From contig CM059425.1 in assembly GCA_030390025.1 (NCBI GenBank), positions 176,702,001 through 176,766,000 of the forward strand: a DNA stretch of 64,000 nt. The letters are read 5' to 3'. The position numbers and the translations under genes were made by a program. The stretch is from Squalus acanthias (Eukaryota). This document shows positions 38,540 to 52,165 of this stretch, piece after piece. Numbering within the stretch: the first letter of the stretch is position 1; each line of letters opens with the position of its first letter. Below the pieces are notes generated by a model that was not told where the DNA came from, did no database searches, and saw nothing but the letters and a program-made list of their open reading frames with translations.

Positions 38540-40100
38540 GGGGTCAATATTATCGCAGAGCCATGATCTTGGTGGGGGTGGGGGTGGGGATATCAGGTAT
38601 CAGGCACAAAACAGAAAAGTTCGTGGGACATGTGGGAATGTCCAATTTCAACACGGATGCCTCATTATAATTTTACTGCCTGGTTGCGCATCTCCAATGC
38701 GCGTGAGCAGATGTGATGCGCACCCGCATGTTGCGATTTCACCGCAACTATTTAAAGGGTCAAAGCACAGATAGAATTTGGAGGAGTTGGGTGAGTTTCA
38801 TGCGAGAAATTGAATTTGAAATAGAGTCAGGAAGGGCAAGTGAGTACTGTTGGGTGCAGTGAGGGCGAGGAAGGAAGTCCTATTCCCCAGGAATGGCAAG
38901 AAAAAACCTGCTGCTGTGACGAAGAAGGTGAGGCTAGATGTGGCTGAAGAGGTGAGCAGGAGGAATGTAGTGCTCCATGCCTGGATCCAGGTCAGGAAAG
39001 GTGAGCACAGTTGCAGACTCACCTACATCCTGTAGTCCTCCCTCACTCTGTCTTGTCTTGTGTACTCCATCACATCACTGCTCACACCCACTTAAGTTTG
39101 AGCACCACCCATCATTCCGTTTCAATGCACTTCCTCACCTTCCACTTTCTCCATCCATCACTGCCACTCACCTCAGTCAGCTCACCCAATTCTCAGCACA
39201 CATTCTCAAAAGCACTGTCAACATATCCTCGAATACATGCCAGCTCCACTTGCGATGCATCTGCCTGATAGTCACCCTCACTGAATGCACTGCATCCGTC
39301 AGATGCACACATTCCTTACAGACACTCATAGGTCTGTCGTACCCTTTTTCAGGAGAACACAGCACAAGATACAAGGGAGCGGGATCGAACCCCTCCAGGG
39401 CCATCAGGTGAAGAACAGCAGTACGTGGCCTTTACAGATGACATTTCTTCAGAGGAGCTGATTCCTTCTGAAGGTGCACCATCACAGGACATATGCTTAC
39501 TAGGAACCAGCACAAATATGAGCACTTGGGTTGGTCCTGTTAGAGAGTTAGATGGGAACTCACCTGGTGAATCACAGTTCACAAGTGAGCACGAGCAGAG
39601 AGTGGTGGCAGGGACTGCTGTGCGTTGTTGGAGGGCACACTCCTCTCCAAGCTCAGCTAGACAGAGATGCTGAACCCTGGGGACCATCGATGAAAAGGAG
39701 AATGATAGAGGCTCAGCAACAAATCTGTGCGGTACTGACAGTCCTGCCGTGCACAATCCTCACAATAACAGAGAGGCTGGAGGAGTCCAGCTCAAGCTTT
39801 TATTGATTGATGTCGCAAGCCATTGCGAGGATGACTTCCATGAATAGACTGGCCTCTTCTTTGAAACTTGAAGCGCGGCACTCTAATTAGTCCCTGCAGA
39901 CCCTAATGACGACCGTGCAAACTGTGGATGCCAAAATGTCTGCGAACTTAAACAGGATGACAGATACCTTAGCCATGGCCTTACAACGCATCATTGATCT
40001 GCTCCAAGCTGCCCTCCCGCAGAGTGGTAGGAGTGATGTGACGCTGGCCCAGGAGAGGGATGATGGCAAAAGAGGTTGTGGAAGTGGGAACTCCACTCAA
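38540..40100 (+). mobile_element. Truncated degenerate Harbinger (left end and Myb-like gene remnant)
   Basis: AVRARKEVLFPRNGKKKP...AEEVS...WIQVRK, resembling the Myb exon 1 of element C; ctatttaaagg box at 38748. Confidence 0.7.
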
Positions 40101-40101
40101 A

Positions 40102-41865
40102 GGGTTGGATTTTCTCAATGGGGGCGCGCTGGGGGCGGGACTGCTGGTTGTAGGGTTTCAGTCCCACCCCCAACGACGTCCGGCCAACCCACGCTATTTT
40201 TCCTTGATTGACCTTGTTAAGCCCGCCCTGCGGGCTTAGCAGACCAATTAAGGGAAAGCCGCTGACAGAGAATGTCAGCGTATGACATTTCATCTGTCAA
40301 AAATTTTTGACGATGAATTGTCAGCGTTTGACAGCTTTGAGAAGCTGTCAAACACTGACAATCTCTGTTCTATGGTGAGTCCTTGTACTGAAGACTCACC
40401 AAACCTCTCTCTTTAGCAGAAAACAGATGGCTGTTGCATCGGAGAATGCAGCAGCCATTCTTTCATCTCTGCCATGGAGATGAGGAGCCTCCGGATCCCC
40501 AAGGGTTGAAGCCTGCAGGAAGAAACAAAGGTAAGGAAACTTTTTCTAACACTTTTCACTCACCTCCCATACTTACCTCTCCACACTTGCACCCATCACT
40601 CACCTCCACAGCACACTTTTCGATCCCTCTCACCCCCGCAGACCCACTGCTCGCCTCGCTGACCCTGGCGGGGTTTCCCGACCTCAGGAAGCCTGCACTT
40701 GTGTTGGTAAAATGGGGATAAGCTGCTTAAATGCCTGTTAACTACCTGTTAACTACTCATGCGTGTGTGCTGTGAGGAGGATGCAGAGAAACTCCAGTAT
40801 GATTTGGACAGGTTGGGTGATTGGGCAGATGCATGGCAGATGCAGTATAATGTGGATAAATGCGAGGTTATCCACTTTGGTGGCAAAAACAGGAAGACAG
40901 ATTATTATCTGAACGGCAATAGATTGGTAAAAGGGGAAGTGCAACGAGACCTGGGTGTCCTTGTGCACCAGTCGCTGAAGGTAAGCATGCAGGTGCAGCA
41001 GGTGGTTAAGAAGGCAAATGGTATGTTGGCCTTCATAGCGAGAGGATTCGAGTACAGGAGCAAGGATGTCTTGCTGCAGTTGTACAGGACCTTGGTGAGA
41101 CCACACCTTGAGTATTGTGTGCAGTTTTGGTCGCCTTATCTGAGGAAGGATGTTCTTGCCATGGAGGGAGTGCAGCGAAGATTCACCAGACTGATACCTG
41201 GGATGGCAGGAATGACGTATGGAGAGAGAGTGGGACGATTGGGCTTGTATTCGCTAGAGTTTAGAAGAATGAGAGGGGATCTCATTGAAACTTATAAAAT
41301 TCTAACAGGACTAGACAGACTAGATGCAGGAAGGATGTTCCCGATGGCGGGGGAGTCCAGAACCAGGGGTCACAGTCTAAGGATAAGGGGCAAGCCATTT
41401 AGGACTGAGATGAGGAGGAATTTCTTCACCCAGAGAGTGGTGAACCTGTGGAATTCTCTACCACAGAAGGCAGTTGAGGCCAATTCATTATAAATATATT
41501 CAAGAAGGAGTTAGATATATTTCTTAAGGCTAAAGGGATCAAGGGATATGCGGAGAAAGCAGGGACAGGGTACTGAATTTGGATGATCAGTCATGATCTC
41601 ATTAAATGGCGGAACAGGCTCGAGGGGCCGAATGGCCTACTCCTGCTCCTATCTTCTATGCTTCTATGTTTCTATTCTGGCTATTGTTGTCACAGAGCAG
41701 GTTTACGGAAACAGGTGCGTTCGCAGCGGGTTGGCTACGGGTTTCCCAAATTTGATGATTTAACCCCTCCCCCACCCGTCCCGCAAGCTGCCAATGGTGG
41801 CGTGACAGGCACTGGCACCTCGCCCAAATAATGATATTAAGGCCCGAGGAACAATTTCAGGCCCC
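40102..41865. mobile_element. Non-autonomous Harbinger-like element interrupted by CR1
   Basis: Begins GGGTTGGATTTT like the TIR of element C; left arm resembles 51200-51400; right end approximate. Confidence 0.5.
40763..41673 (+). mobile_element. 5'-truncated CR1 LINE
   Basis: ORF 40759-41493 with WQMQYNVDKC, LVRPHLEYC and WNSLP; tail (TTCTATG)n. Confidence 0.95.
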
Positions 41866-42622
41866 ACTGTTGGCTCGCCGCTGGTTATCAACCCAAAGGG
41901 CCATAGCCAACTTCTACCCCTATTATAGAATGTTACGGCACAGAGAAGAACCCTTTGGCTCATCAAATCTACATCTTTGCCTTTGTCCACAGGAGCCAAA
42001 GAATCTTCTTCCACTCTCCTGCTCACTCCCCAAATTCTTTAATATTCCTCTTTTTTCAAACAACTGCCAAATTCCATTTTAAAAGAATTAATGAACTCTT
42101 CTTCAACGATGGGATGTATTTACTTGCTCAAAATTTTTTACACAGCTCAATAAGTTTGTGAGATAAACATTCATGGTGCAATTGCTTCCGATTATAGACG
42201 AGCGATTCTGGAAAGTGGTTGGTATATCTTCTCTGTGATAGTTATTGATCAATGGAAACACTTTCAGTGTATTTATTCAAAACAACTGCATGGTAATGCA
42301 TATGTTTGATATTGATCAAACTCAATGCTACTATATATCAAAGCCAATATCAATTGCATATAACATTTTCTAGTCAATAAATAAAATCCATCAAATTTAA
42401 ATTCACTTTCAGTGCTTAGTGAATATGAAAAACTGTGTGGTGGATGCAAGAATTTATGTTGACTGTTAGCTCTTGCTTTTATTTAAGAATGTTGAGTATT
42501 ATCAATCACTGTAGCCTTTGTAATGTCCAGTCTTCTTTCTTTTTGTTGGAGAATAAGCAGTGCAGCTGTAATCCTCAAGAGGATTGGTCTATTCTTTTGC
42601 TGCTTTTGTGCTGAGTAATAAT

Positions 42623-42985
42623 GGCCCAAAAATTAGTGCCGCTACGCGAGAGTACGCACTGTGTACTCTCGCGTATTCTGTCTCCAATTGCCGGTTTTCT
42701 GCATGCACTGCGCATGCGCTGAAAACCGGCACTTGGTGAATTCAAAAGGGGGCGGTTCCGAGGTGAATCGCGTGCGCGCTACAGGCTGCGCGCACGCAGT
42801 GCACTTAGTGCTTTGAACGCGCAGGTAAGCATGGAACATTTTAGACATAAAGAAAGGAGGCGTAAGACCCTCTTTTAACAAGGTAAGTAGTTAATTAAGT
42901 ATTATTTTGAATTTTTTTTAACAGGTATATCTTTTTTAGAGACTTTAAAGACAGGTAAGTTTATTTTTATAACTTTTTAAAAGAT
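42623..42985 (-). mobile_element. Half copy of the MITE at 43954-44696, inverted
   Basis: Reverse complement of about 44335-44696. Confidence 0.85.
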
Positions 42986-43953
42986 TACTATCGGCACTAG
43001 CCAATTCCAAATGAACTCTTTGATAGGTCAAGGGAAGTAACTGACCCCATGAGCCAGCCATTTTTTAGTAAATTTTACAGTTCACACACTGTGGAAAAAC
43101 TGGGCCCAGATTTTACTGTGGCAGGGTATCTAACAGAATTGATCTTTGGGGAACTCCAGAGGTGAGGATGAAGGAGTGGGAAGAGAAGCTTCAGTTCTGC
43201 TGGAGAAAGTCCCTGAATGCATCGAGTTCTCTCTTAATAGAACAGTTAAAGTTCCAGCCAAAAAATGGAGCAAAGCTAGCTGAAACCTCAATTACAGGTA
43301 TGCATCTCAGATTGATAGCTACAGTGTAAATGTACCCCTAAAGTAGTACGAGGACTTGGCTTTGGAAAGGAAGTGAAAGGAGTCAGTTCTTGTTTTGCAC
43401 TTGTTGGCAGAATAAGATAATCATGTATGTTTTACTTCACGGGATACACACAACAGAATATAAGTCAGAATTTCCAGATACATTTTCTTGAGTGCAAACG
43501 TGATGGAAAAAAGAGTGGACGCCTGTTTGTCCAGTTTCCATCCCTTTTATTTTGCCCCTAGATTTTTGTGGCTTGGCGGGACAGCAGTGGAGTTGGGCGT
43601 CCATCATTAGGCGCAGGCCCATCGATGCTATACTGCTGAGGTGATGGGGAGGGGCATTCCTAGCCTTCTGCCTCATTTTCCTGCAGGATCATTTGCTTAG
43701 CATCCCAATGAAGGGGTGCTCAGAGAAATATGGCGTGCTCCTGAATGCCCATCAACCAGATGATTTGCAGGGTCCCAGGGGCAGGCCGTAGACTCTAAGG
43801 TTAGTCATTTTTAAGAAGTTTAAGCCCTTCCCTTGATGCTTAGATCTCCATCAGCACCCAGAAGGTCCCAATTTCAGTGGACCAACAATGTTTCAAATTG
43901 GAGGTCAGGAAAACCTACCCTCGTATCTCATATGGAAATTGAAAAAAGTCAAT

Positions 43954-44696
43954 GGCCCAAAAATTCGTGAGGAAGCCTTCGTGCGAGGGTAAGGCTTCCC
44001 CGCGATCTCTCACTGCGCGTTGGCTTTTTCAGTTCCAGCTCGCACGAACTTGATGTTCTGGACAGCTGCTGTGCTGGGCTTGCGTATCCCACAGGCGTAG
44101 TTAATTCGTGCGAGCTGTGGGATCACGTGACTCAGTTAGAGCCAATGGCAGCACACCATCTTCCATTCATAACTTTCACATAAGTGCTGTGAAAGCTATG
44201 AATACTATAGCCCCCCAAAAGAACAGCTAAACCTCAATTAAATTAAAAAAAAAGCCCATCACATTAATAAAATAAGTATAGTTAAATAAATTAACCATTT
44301 TAAATAAAAAATTAAATTTTTGAAAAATTTAAAATCTTTTAAAAAGTTATAAAAATAAACTTACCTGTCTTTAAAGTCTCTAAAAAAGATATACCTGTTA
44401 AAAAAAATTCAAAATAATACTTAATTCACTACTTACCTTGTTAAAAGTGGGTTTTATTCCTCCTTTTTTTATGTGTAAAATCTTCCATACTTACCTGAGC
44501 GTTGAAACCACTCAGTGCACTGCATGCGCGCAGCCTGTAGTGGGCACGCGGTTCACCTAGGAACCGCCCCCTTTTCCATTCACCAAGTGCCAGTTTTCAG
44601 CGCATGCGCAGTGCATGCAGAAAACCGGCAATTGGAGACAGAATACGCGAGAGTACACAGTGCGTACTCTCGCGTATCAACACAAATTTTTGGGCC
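43954..44696 (+). mobile_element. Harbinger-type MITE
   Basis: TIRs GGCCCAAAAATT and AATTTTTGGGCC, TSD AAT, CpG-rich arms and AT-rich core. Confidence 0.88.
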
Positions 44697-44740
44697 AATA
44701 AATTCATTTGAAGCCATAGTCCACAAGAGCTATTTCTTTT

Positions 44741-46189
44741 GGGACTAAATTCAATAAGGCCCGAAAATGGTCACGGGGATCGCGATGTGTGATCTGCCCG
44801 CTCCCTTTGAAAGTAATGTAGGCAGTACGCGAAATTCATGCTGCCTGCTAATTAACATGATTGGAGCGCTGAGCACAGCGCTAAACACGCTGCTGGTTGG
44901 CTCAGCGCTCAGCAGGGGCCCAATTTCGTGGGAAGTCTGATCTCTATTTAAAGGTTGCCTGCAGTGTGAAACACTGTCTACACTTACATAGGATTACATA
45001 GGAGTACAGCAAAGAAACAGGCCATTCGGCCCAACCAGTCTATGCCGGCGTTTATGCTCCACTCGAGCCTCCTCCCATCTTTCCTCATCTAACTCTATCA
45101 GCATAACCCTCTATTCCCTTGTCCCTCACATGCTTATCTAACCACCCCTTAAATGCATCTATACTATTCACTTCAACCACATTCTCACCACTCTCTGGGT
45201 AAAGAAATTTCTTTTGAATTCCCTATTTGATTTCTTGGTGACTATCTTATATTGATGGCCTCTAGTTTTGCTCTTCCCCACAAGTGGAACATTCTCTCTG
45301 TATCCACTCTATCAAAACCTTTCATAATTTTAAAGACCTCTATTAGGTCACCCCTCAGCCTTCTCTTTTCAAGAGAAAAGAGACCCAGCCTGTTCATCCT
45401 TTCCTGATAGGTATACTCTCACATTACTGGTTTCATCCTTGTAAATCTTTTTTGCACCCTCTCCAATGCCTCTATATCCTTTTTATAATATGGCGACCAG
45501 AATACGCTGAGGTTCAGGGAGGAGAATTGCTGCCTGAACAACCTGGGCAGATATGGCCTCCTGCTGAGAGCCCTTCTCCTCCTCCTCTCCTTCCCCCTCT
45601 TCCAGCAGCTTTCCCTGATCTGCTTGCCCTCTGTTCATTCTCCAAGTTATGCTGTATTCCATGGGGAAATGCTACTAGTGCACCCATGTCTGTCAGCAAG
45701 TGGTTTGTGCAGAAGCCTTAAAGTCAGAAAAAAGTCCTTCAGCACCTGCCACACCAGTCCCTGTAGACTTTGGCAAATTTAAACAACTATAAAAAGCAAC
45801 AAACACTTGTACAATTGTAGCAACAGCCAATCAGCAACTAACCTGTAAGGAAGTGATGATCCCTTTAAATAGCGCTGATGGGAGGTCCTTCCTACTGCTG
45901 AACATGTGTTCAGCTGTGCGAGTTTAAGAGAGGGCGTTAGCTGGAGAGTTGAGCTCCAAAATGACATGACTGGCGTCAAATCAGTGTTGCACGCTGATTG
46001 ACGTCACGATCTGCCTACTCTGCATACTTCCAGTGGACACTCACTGCACATGCGCTAATGCCCTCAGCAATATGGCGTCCGGCACGATTCGCACCAGAGG
46101 TGTGCGCTAGCGCCGCGGACACCATTTGGAGCTCTAAGGGCACTCATAACATCCAAAAAATGGGCGCTATGAATCTGAATTTTGAGCCC
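44741..46189. mobile_element. Deleted Harbinger related to element B, with internal minus-strand CR1 fragment (44985-45500)
   Basis: Left arm resembles 21240-21490 and right arm resembles 32660-33330, including the transposase start MGALVAFP; ends TGAATTTTGAGCCC. Confidence 0.75.
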
Positions 46190-47290
46190 TTGGAGTACTG
46201 TGAACAGTTCTGGTCTCCATATTATAAAAAGGATATAGATGCACTGGAGAAGGTGCAAAAAAGATTTATTAGAATGATACCAGAACTTAGAGGTTATACC
46301 AATCAGGAATGTTTCAACAGGTTAGGGCTCTTTTCTCTAGGAAATAGAAGATTGAGGAGTGACCTGATAGAGATCTTTAAGATTATGAAACAGTTTGATA
46401 GGATAGACGGAGAGAAGAGGTTTCCACTTGCAGGCGAGACCAGAACTAGGGTCCATAAATTAAAATAGTCACTAATAAAGTGGTTGAAGCCGAGAGTGGT
46501 GAGAATGTGGGACTCACTGCCATGTGGAGTAGTTGATGCCGAGAGAGGTGAGAATGTGGGACTCGCTGCCTTGTGGAGTAGTTGATGCCGAGAGAGGTGA
46601 GAATGTGGGACTTGCTGCCTTGTGGAGTAGTTGAAGCCGGGAGAGGTGAGAATGTGGGACTCGCTGCCATGTGGAATGGTTGATGCCGGGAGAGGTGAGA
46701 ATGTGGGACTCGCTGCCTTGTGGAGTAGTTGATGCCGGGAGAGGTGAGAATGTGGGACTCGCTGCCTTGTGGAGTAGTTGATGCCGAGAGAGGTGAGAAT
46801 GTGGGACTCGCTGCCATGTGGAATGGTTGATGCCGGGAGAGGTGAGAATGTGGGACTCGCTGCCTTGTGGAGTAGTTGATGCCGAGAGAGGTGAGAATGT
46901 GGGACTCGCTGCCTTGTGGAGTAGTTGATGCCGAGAGAGGTGAGAATGTGGGACTTGCTGCCATGTGGAATGGTTAAAGCCGGGAGAGGTGGGATTGTGG
47001 GACTCGCTGCCTTGTGGAGTAGTTGAAGCCGGGAGAGGTGGGAATGTGGGACTCGCTGCCATGTGGAATGGTTAAAGCCGGGAGAGGTGGGATTGTGGGA
47101 CTCGCTGCCATGTGGAATGGTTACAGCCGAGAGCATTGATGTATTTGAGGGGAGGCTTGATGTATACATGAGAAAGAAGAATATAGAGGGATATGGGGGC
47201 TGCATGGAAAGAGGTCATTAGAGTTGCAGCAGGATCGTGTGGAATAGGCTAGTTGTGTCGGATGGTATCTCTCAGTGCTTTGATTCTACG
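46190..47290 (+). mobile_element. CR1 3' fragment containing a tandem expansion
   Basis: LEYCEQFWSPYYKKDIDALEKVQKRF...; CR1 sequence resumes after the array. Confidence 0.85.
46483..47132 (+). repeat. 49-bp minisatellite, 13 copies plus a partial unit
   Basis: Unit gttgatgccgagagaggtgagaatgtgggactcgctgccttgtggagta. Confidence 0.97.
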
Positions 47291-47479
47291 TCAGAGGAGG
47301 TGGTCACTGGTCAAAGGGCTGCACATACTTGTGTAAAGCCAGTCAAATTCTATCAAATCTCCTCTTCTATTTTTTCAACCCCTTGACAGTATTGCTGTTA
47401 TATTTCATATAAGGCTAAGAGGTCAGTCCCAACTTGCCAGTGTAAGCTGATGTATCCCTCTTGTGCAGTTTTTAGATGT

Positions 47480-47887
47480 CAGTTGTGAATCAGTGGTAGC
47501 ACTCTCACCTCTGAGTCAGAATGTTGTGGGTCCAAGTCCCACTCCAGAGACATAAGTTCATAATCTCGGCTAACACTCCAATGCAGTACTGAGGGGATGC
47601 TGTACTGGCAGAGGTGCCACCTTTTGGATGAGATGTTAAACCGAGACTCCATCTGCCCTCTCACGTGGATGTAAAAGATCCCATGGCACTATTCCAAGAA
47701 GAACAGGGGAGTTATCCCGGTGTCCTTGCCAATATTTATCCCTCAACCAACATCACCAAAACAGATTATCTGGTCATTATGTCATTGGTGTTTGTGGGAG
47801 CTTGCTGTGCACAAATTGGTTGCCATGTTTCCTATATGTGACTGCACTTCAAAAGTACTTCATTGGTTGTAAAGCACTTTGGGACAT
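47480..47887 (+). mobile_element. tRNA-derived SINE
   Basis: tRNA-like head (tcagtggtagcactctc...gggtccaagtccc, A/B-box-like), body, and L2-like tail tgtaaagcactttgggac. Confidence 0.75.
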
Positions 47888-47889
47888 CA

Positions 47890-48920
47890 GATAATCTATT
47901 TTAGTAATGTTGGTTGAGGGATAAATATTGATCAGAACACCGGGGAGAACTCCCCTGCTCTTCTTCGAATAGTGCCGTGGTATCTTTTACCTTGATCGGA
48001 TAGGGCAGACAGAGCCTCGGTTTAATGTCTCAACAGAAAGATATAGATCCAATGGTGCAACGCTCTGTCAGTCTGCACTGAAGCATCAGCTGACATTGGC
48101 CCTGAATTTGTGTTCGGAGGCTTCCCATGGGGGAAATGCTTCCGATCCGCAAATAAAATGCCCATGTACCTGGTGGTGCGGGAGGTACGGAGACTCGCGG
48201 TCCTGGGCCTCTCTGGGTACCCGTGGGTAGAGGCCCACGTATCCCATGGGCACAGGCGGTTCACAAGCGCCCCTGGGATCACGTGGGCCGGCCCAACCAA
48301 TAAAGGAAGGGAATCCCCATTCATGCTTATGGGGATTCCGTATGTACAGAAACCCCATAAGCATGAAAGGGAATACCCCAAAAAATTCATCTGCACATCA
48401 AATAAATAAAAAAAATTACATATTTAAAATTAATTAAAATGCCATTTAATTAAATATTTAGAACAAAAATTAAATTTTTTGAAAAATAAATGTAAAAGTT
48501 TTAAAGGGGCTAAAAGTAACCTTACCTTATTGCACAGGTTTTTTAACGTATAAATGATTGAAAAAAAAATATTTTTATGTTTTTTTAAACTCTTACGCTG
48601 GTAAAAGCAAGCCTTACGCCTGCTTTTACCAGGCATAAGAATTTCACAGGCATTCACTGGGCAGAAGTTTTCAGCCCACGGATGCCCTTTTCCCGGGGAT
48701 GCGTTGGAACTGTCAAGAAGATTCTTGACAGATCGCAAGTTCCAAGTTTTCGTGCATGTGATTCGCATGTGAAAACCCGGAACTTGCGTGGCCCTTACGG
48801 GCGCATACGCACCTCGTGTGCGCCCGTAGGGGTCACAAATTACGGGCCATTATGTGCTCAAGTCTCTAGAGTGGGACTTGAACCCAGAATCTTCTAACAG
48901 CAGAAACCACTGAGCCAAGG
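47890..48920 (-). mobile_element. Second copy of the same SINE, inverted and split by a MITE
   Basis: Reverse complement of 47480-47770; head at 48860-48920 (gtgggacttgaaccc). Confidence 0.7.
48098..48848. mobile_element. Harbinger-type MITE
   Basis: TIRs GGCCCTGAATTTGTG and CACAAATTACGGGCC; TSD ATT. Confidence 0.85.
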
Positions 48921-51900
48921 CAGACTTCACTGATGGGATGAAGGGAGTGGGAAAATACAGAGGCTAGAGTCAGAGGAGCAGGTACGTTGAATTGATAATG
49001 ATTCAGAGAACCACTGAATAGAAAATGTAACACACTGGGTGTATTTTGTTCTCAACTTAAAGAAATGTGATTACCAGTTAAATAATGCCCTTGCTGCTCT
49101 TGAAAAGATTCAGTGTAAAACTGTGTGGGAGTGCTAGTTCCAGGAAGAATCAATTACCTTGACTTCCCTTTGTTCTATTTTTGCAGAGTGCTGAGTTGGG
49201 CTGTTGCCTGATGGGCCGTTAGTTAATTGAACACAATTATTCTGCAAGCTTCAAATGCTACAGCAGTTTTCCTTATTTCAGTAACACAATACTATTCACA
49301 AGTCCAAAGTGTTCCTCTGTCATCAGTACATTTTTGGCAATACTTTGTTGGATGACGATGATCTTTAACTATGGTACATAATGGGTCGAATAAGTAATGG
49401 AAGTTAGATAAAGGAATTAATTTCCAAAACATGAATAATTGTTTACCGAGACATTGAGCTGTATCTGCTGGTAAGACATTACATTTCTGTCATTTGCTTA
49501 TAAATAAATTATTGAGACAGCCAATTGGCATGTTGATATTGCCCTTTGGATTGACAGACTTATGCATGTTACAGATGCACTGGAGTATGCCTTTCACTGA
49601 AACAGAGAACTCAACTGTCTATAATTGTCTGTCAGATCTAAGATACTCCTTAATCTGTTTGGAACATCTAGACGGCTCGTTGGTGTCAAGTAGCCATTTA
49701 AGAGCTCTCTTATCTCATTTCTTGAGAGGTATACTGTTTTTCTGCTGGATGGAAAAATCAGTTGTGTTAATTTGAACACTTTAAAATCACCCGAGACTGA
49801 ATGCTGCAGCACGTATTGTCATTCAAAATGAATTGCCAATGCACTATCTGGTAGTTTAATGTTCCATAACACGTCTGATTCCCAAATATCAACAATTTTC
49901 TGATTTTATAAAATAATACCAATGCAAATATATCAGAAGAGTCCCTTGGAATAAATGCAGCCTCCTTTTTTTTTCTAGATGTTCCCATGCTTCTGCCGTG
50001 AGCCAGCTATAAGAGTTGTTGATTATACCTTTACCACTTCATTTAATTAAATTGCCGTACGAACCAGTATCACTCACACCAAATCCTATTTACATTTCCC
50101 TTATTGGACAACGGTTAAATATGCAAATTCACTAACACCTGCATGATAAATATTTCAGTGGCAGATCACCAATTCTAATGTCAGTTTCAAAGGTTTTATG
50201 GTTTGCAGTAATAGGTTAGAAAAACAAATAAATAGCTTTTCTATATACAACATTTGTTGTGTTTATCACATGCAGTTCACTTTTATTCAGCAGATTAAGA
50301 CTCAGTTTATGCCCCGTTTATATTATGCAGAAAAGCTTCGGATAGAAATGTGTCTGTTTTTATCACCTGTCATCTGTTCGTTTACATTGTAGGTTGATTC
50401 CAAAACATTGGCAGCAACACAAAAGCACCTGGGTAAAAGCTGAGATTGGAGGTGTCCCACTATTTGTGGAAGGTCCATAGAGACTTTTGCCTCTGCCAAA
50501 AATGTGTCTCCACCAGCTCAGTGAAAAACTACCTATTGAGGTGCATCTCCATATTGCTGGACCCACCAGTGCTGCCTAATTTACCCTTGTCTACTCCTGA
50601 CATTTCAATCATTTTATCAATAAAAACAATTATGCTATATTACACAGATTTACATAGAGTTTCACAGCACAGAAACAGTTTGTTCGGCCCAACAGCTCCA
50701 TGCCAGTGTTTATGCTCCACACGAGCCTCTACCCACCTTACTTCATCTCACCCTATCGACATATCCACCTGTTGCTTTCTCCTTTATGTGCTTATCTAGC
50801 TTCCCCTAAAATGCATCCAAGCTATTCGCCTCAACCACTGCATGTGGCAGCGAATTCCACATTCTCACCACTCGCTGAGTAACGAAGTTTCTCCTGAATT
50901 CCTTATCGGATTTATTAGTGACTATCTTGTATTAATGGCCCTTAGTTTTGGATTCCCCACAGGTGGAAATAGGCTCTCTACGTCGACCCTATCAAAGCCC
51001 TTCATAATTCTAAAGACCTCTGTCAGGTCACCTCTCAGTCTTCTCTTTTCTGGAGAAAAGAGTCCCAGCCTGTAGGTCTTTCCTGATATTTGTACCCTCT
51101 TAGTTCTAGTATCATGCTTGTAAATCTGTTATGCACTTTCTCCAGTGCCTCTACATCATTTTTTTAATATGGAGACCAGAACTGTGCACAGCACTCTAAG
51201 GCCGCGATTTCCCCTACCTCAGCGGGTCCGGTGTGGCCGGGGTCGGTGGCGAGTTGCAACCCCACTGCTGGCTCCAGCCCGCTGTCCAAAATTATTTTCC
51301 CCTGATTGGGCTTGTTAAGCTCGCCCAGCGCGTTTCCCGGCCAATTGAAGGAAGCGGGTCTGATGACATCATTTGATGATGCGTCATCAGCCGGTTTCCT
51401 TAAAGGGACCATGGCCACATTAATTTTGACAGTTGTGCTGTCAGTGTTCTACAGCAGTTAGGTGCTGCAAACACTGACAAGCACTGCACCCAGGCTCTCC
51501 CAAGACTCCCTCCATATGCTTAGGGAGGGAGTCACAGCACGCAGGGAGGTTCTCTTCCCTTCCCATGGGTGGAAGAGACCTCCCCAGGAGACCAACGCAG
51601 CCTGGTTGCACATTGCACAGGAGGACACAAGCAGGGATGTCGTCAGGAGGAGCAGGCTGCAGTGGTGCAAACCTTTCATTGCTCTCAATGGATCACGAAA
51701 CGTTACTGCAAAGCCACACTCAACCTCATCCTGCTGTGCCTCTCATCACAGCCCCATCACTCTGCCTTCCCTACCCTACTCCTGCACATCCTTACTCACG
51801 CCAACTTACCTTGCACCTCCACCCATCCCTCTCTATCACATTATCACTTCCCCGTCTCAGTAGCCACCCCTCACACTCACCCTCATCCTAGTCCAAATAT

Positions 51901-52165
51901 ACCAACTAACAACACACAAGGGTAGGCACTTGTGTGTTTTAGCCAATGTTCATGTGAAGTTTCTGCTAACGTGCTGTCAAACATTGAAACCTTTATTTTC
52001 AACACTTTGCGTTCTTGGACAGATTTGGAAGTGGCTTAGTGAGTTGCAGTGAATGGTGAGACATAACGGTTCCCCACCGCAATGGTGATGAGTGTGAAAG
52101 GAATGGCTTGGGCATTGTAGGGATGCTTTATGGTGTTGGTGTGGGGTGGTGCCAACCTGGCGCAT

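Noticed and set aside
43130..43290. Possible host exon between the inverted MITE arms
   Set aside because: The minus strand reads TSGVPQRSIL, more likely an old LINE RT remnant.
46483..47132. CRISPR-like array
   Set aside because: Contiguous units with no unique spacers, CR1-derived, in a vertebrate context with no cas genes.
46303..47205. 300-aa, 182-aa and 172-aa minus-strand ORFs
   Set aside because: By-products of the stop-free strand of the 49-bp tandem repeat.
47480..47550. tRNA gene
   Set aside because: Degenerate tRNA-like head continuous with a SINE body.
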